Below are positions 19,769 through 20,000 of a stretch of DNA of 20,000 nt, one piece after another. The stretch's first letter is position 1; every line of letters starts with the position of its first letter. This stretch comes from Chiloscyllium plagiosum (taxonomy: Eukaryota): NCBI RefSeq assembly GCF_004010195.1, contig NC_057719.1:85682255-85702254 (forward strand), given 5' to 3'. The position numbers and the translations under genes are program-made. Below the pieces are notes generated by a model that made no database searches, was not told where the DNA came from, and saw only the letters and a program-made list of their open reading frames with translations.

Positions 19769-20000
19769 TTTAGTCCCTTGCAAATATCTTTCCCAGTTCT
19801 CATTTTCGAAACCATTTTGTGAAAGTGAAAAGAGGACTTTGCAGCAAAGTTGATGGAACTGGACAATGTTAGGGGTTGAATCAAACTTGAATATGTTACA
19901 GAGGAGAATGGGAAGGGAGAGGTAAAATATTTTCAGTACAACAAGGAATAAAGTTCATTGTGACAAGAACAGTTTCAGGTGGTGGTCTGCCAGGACTACC

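Overview
Eukaryotic, repeat-rich genomic DNA. The HE1-type tRNA-derived SINEs, HER1/CR1 LINEs, DeuSINE-like fragments and Penelope-like remnants point to an elasmobranch (shark/ray); this is an inference from repeat content. The window lies in a minus-strand tandem cluster of two-exon class A GPCR genes of the shark-expanded GPR139-like type. It holds one intact exon 1 (6639-6711) with a disabled exon 2 that runs into a 500-N gap (1830-2358), a second disabled exon 2 (11535-12265) whose TM7 lies about 1.17 kb away (10167-10363), and a 322-bp partial duplicate (9329-9650). The right end holds a 5'-truncated CR1/HER1 LINE (about 14510-16420) and an internally deleted endogenous retrovirus with a partial LTR, a tRNA-His primer-binding site, a degraded integrase and an env-like remnant. 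It has no gag, protease or RT. Also present: a ~920-bp tandem duplication, an unidentified multicopy element with a decayed glycoprotein-like frame, and a rearranged Penelope-like element with a hammerhead-like motif. No intact protein-coding gene was found. All calls were made by eye; no database searches were run.
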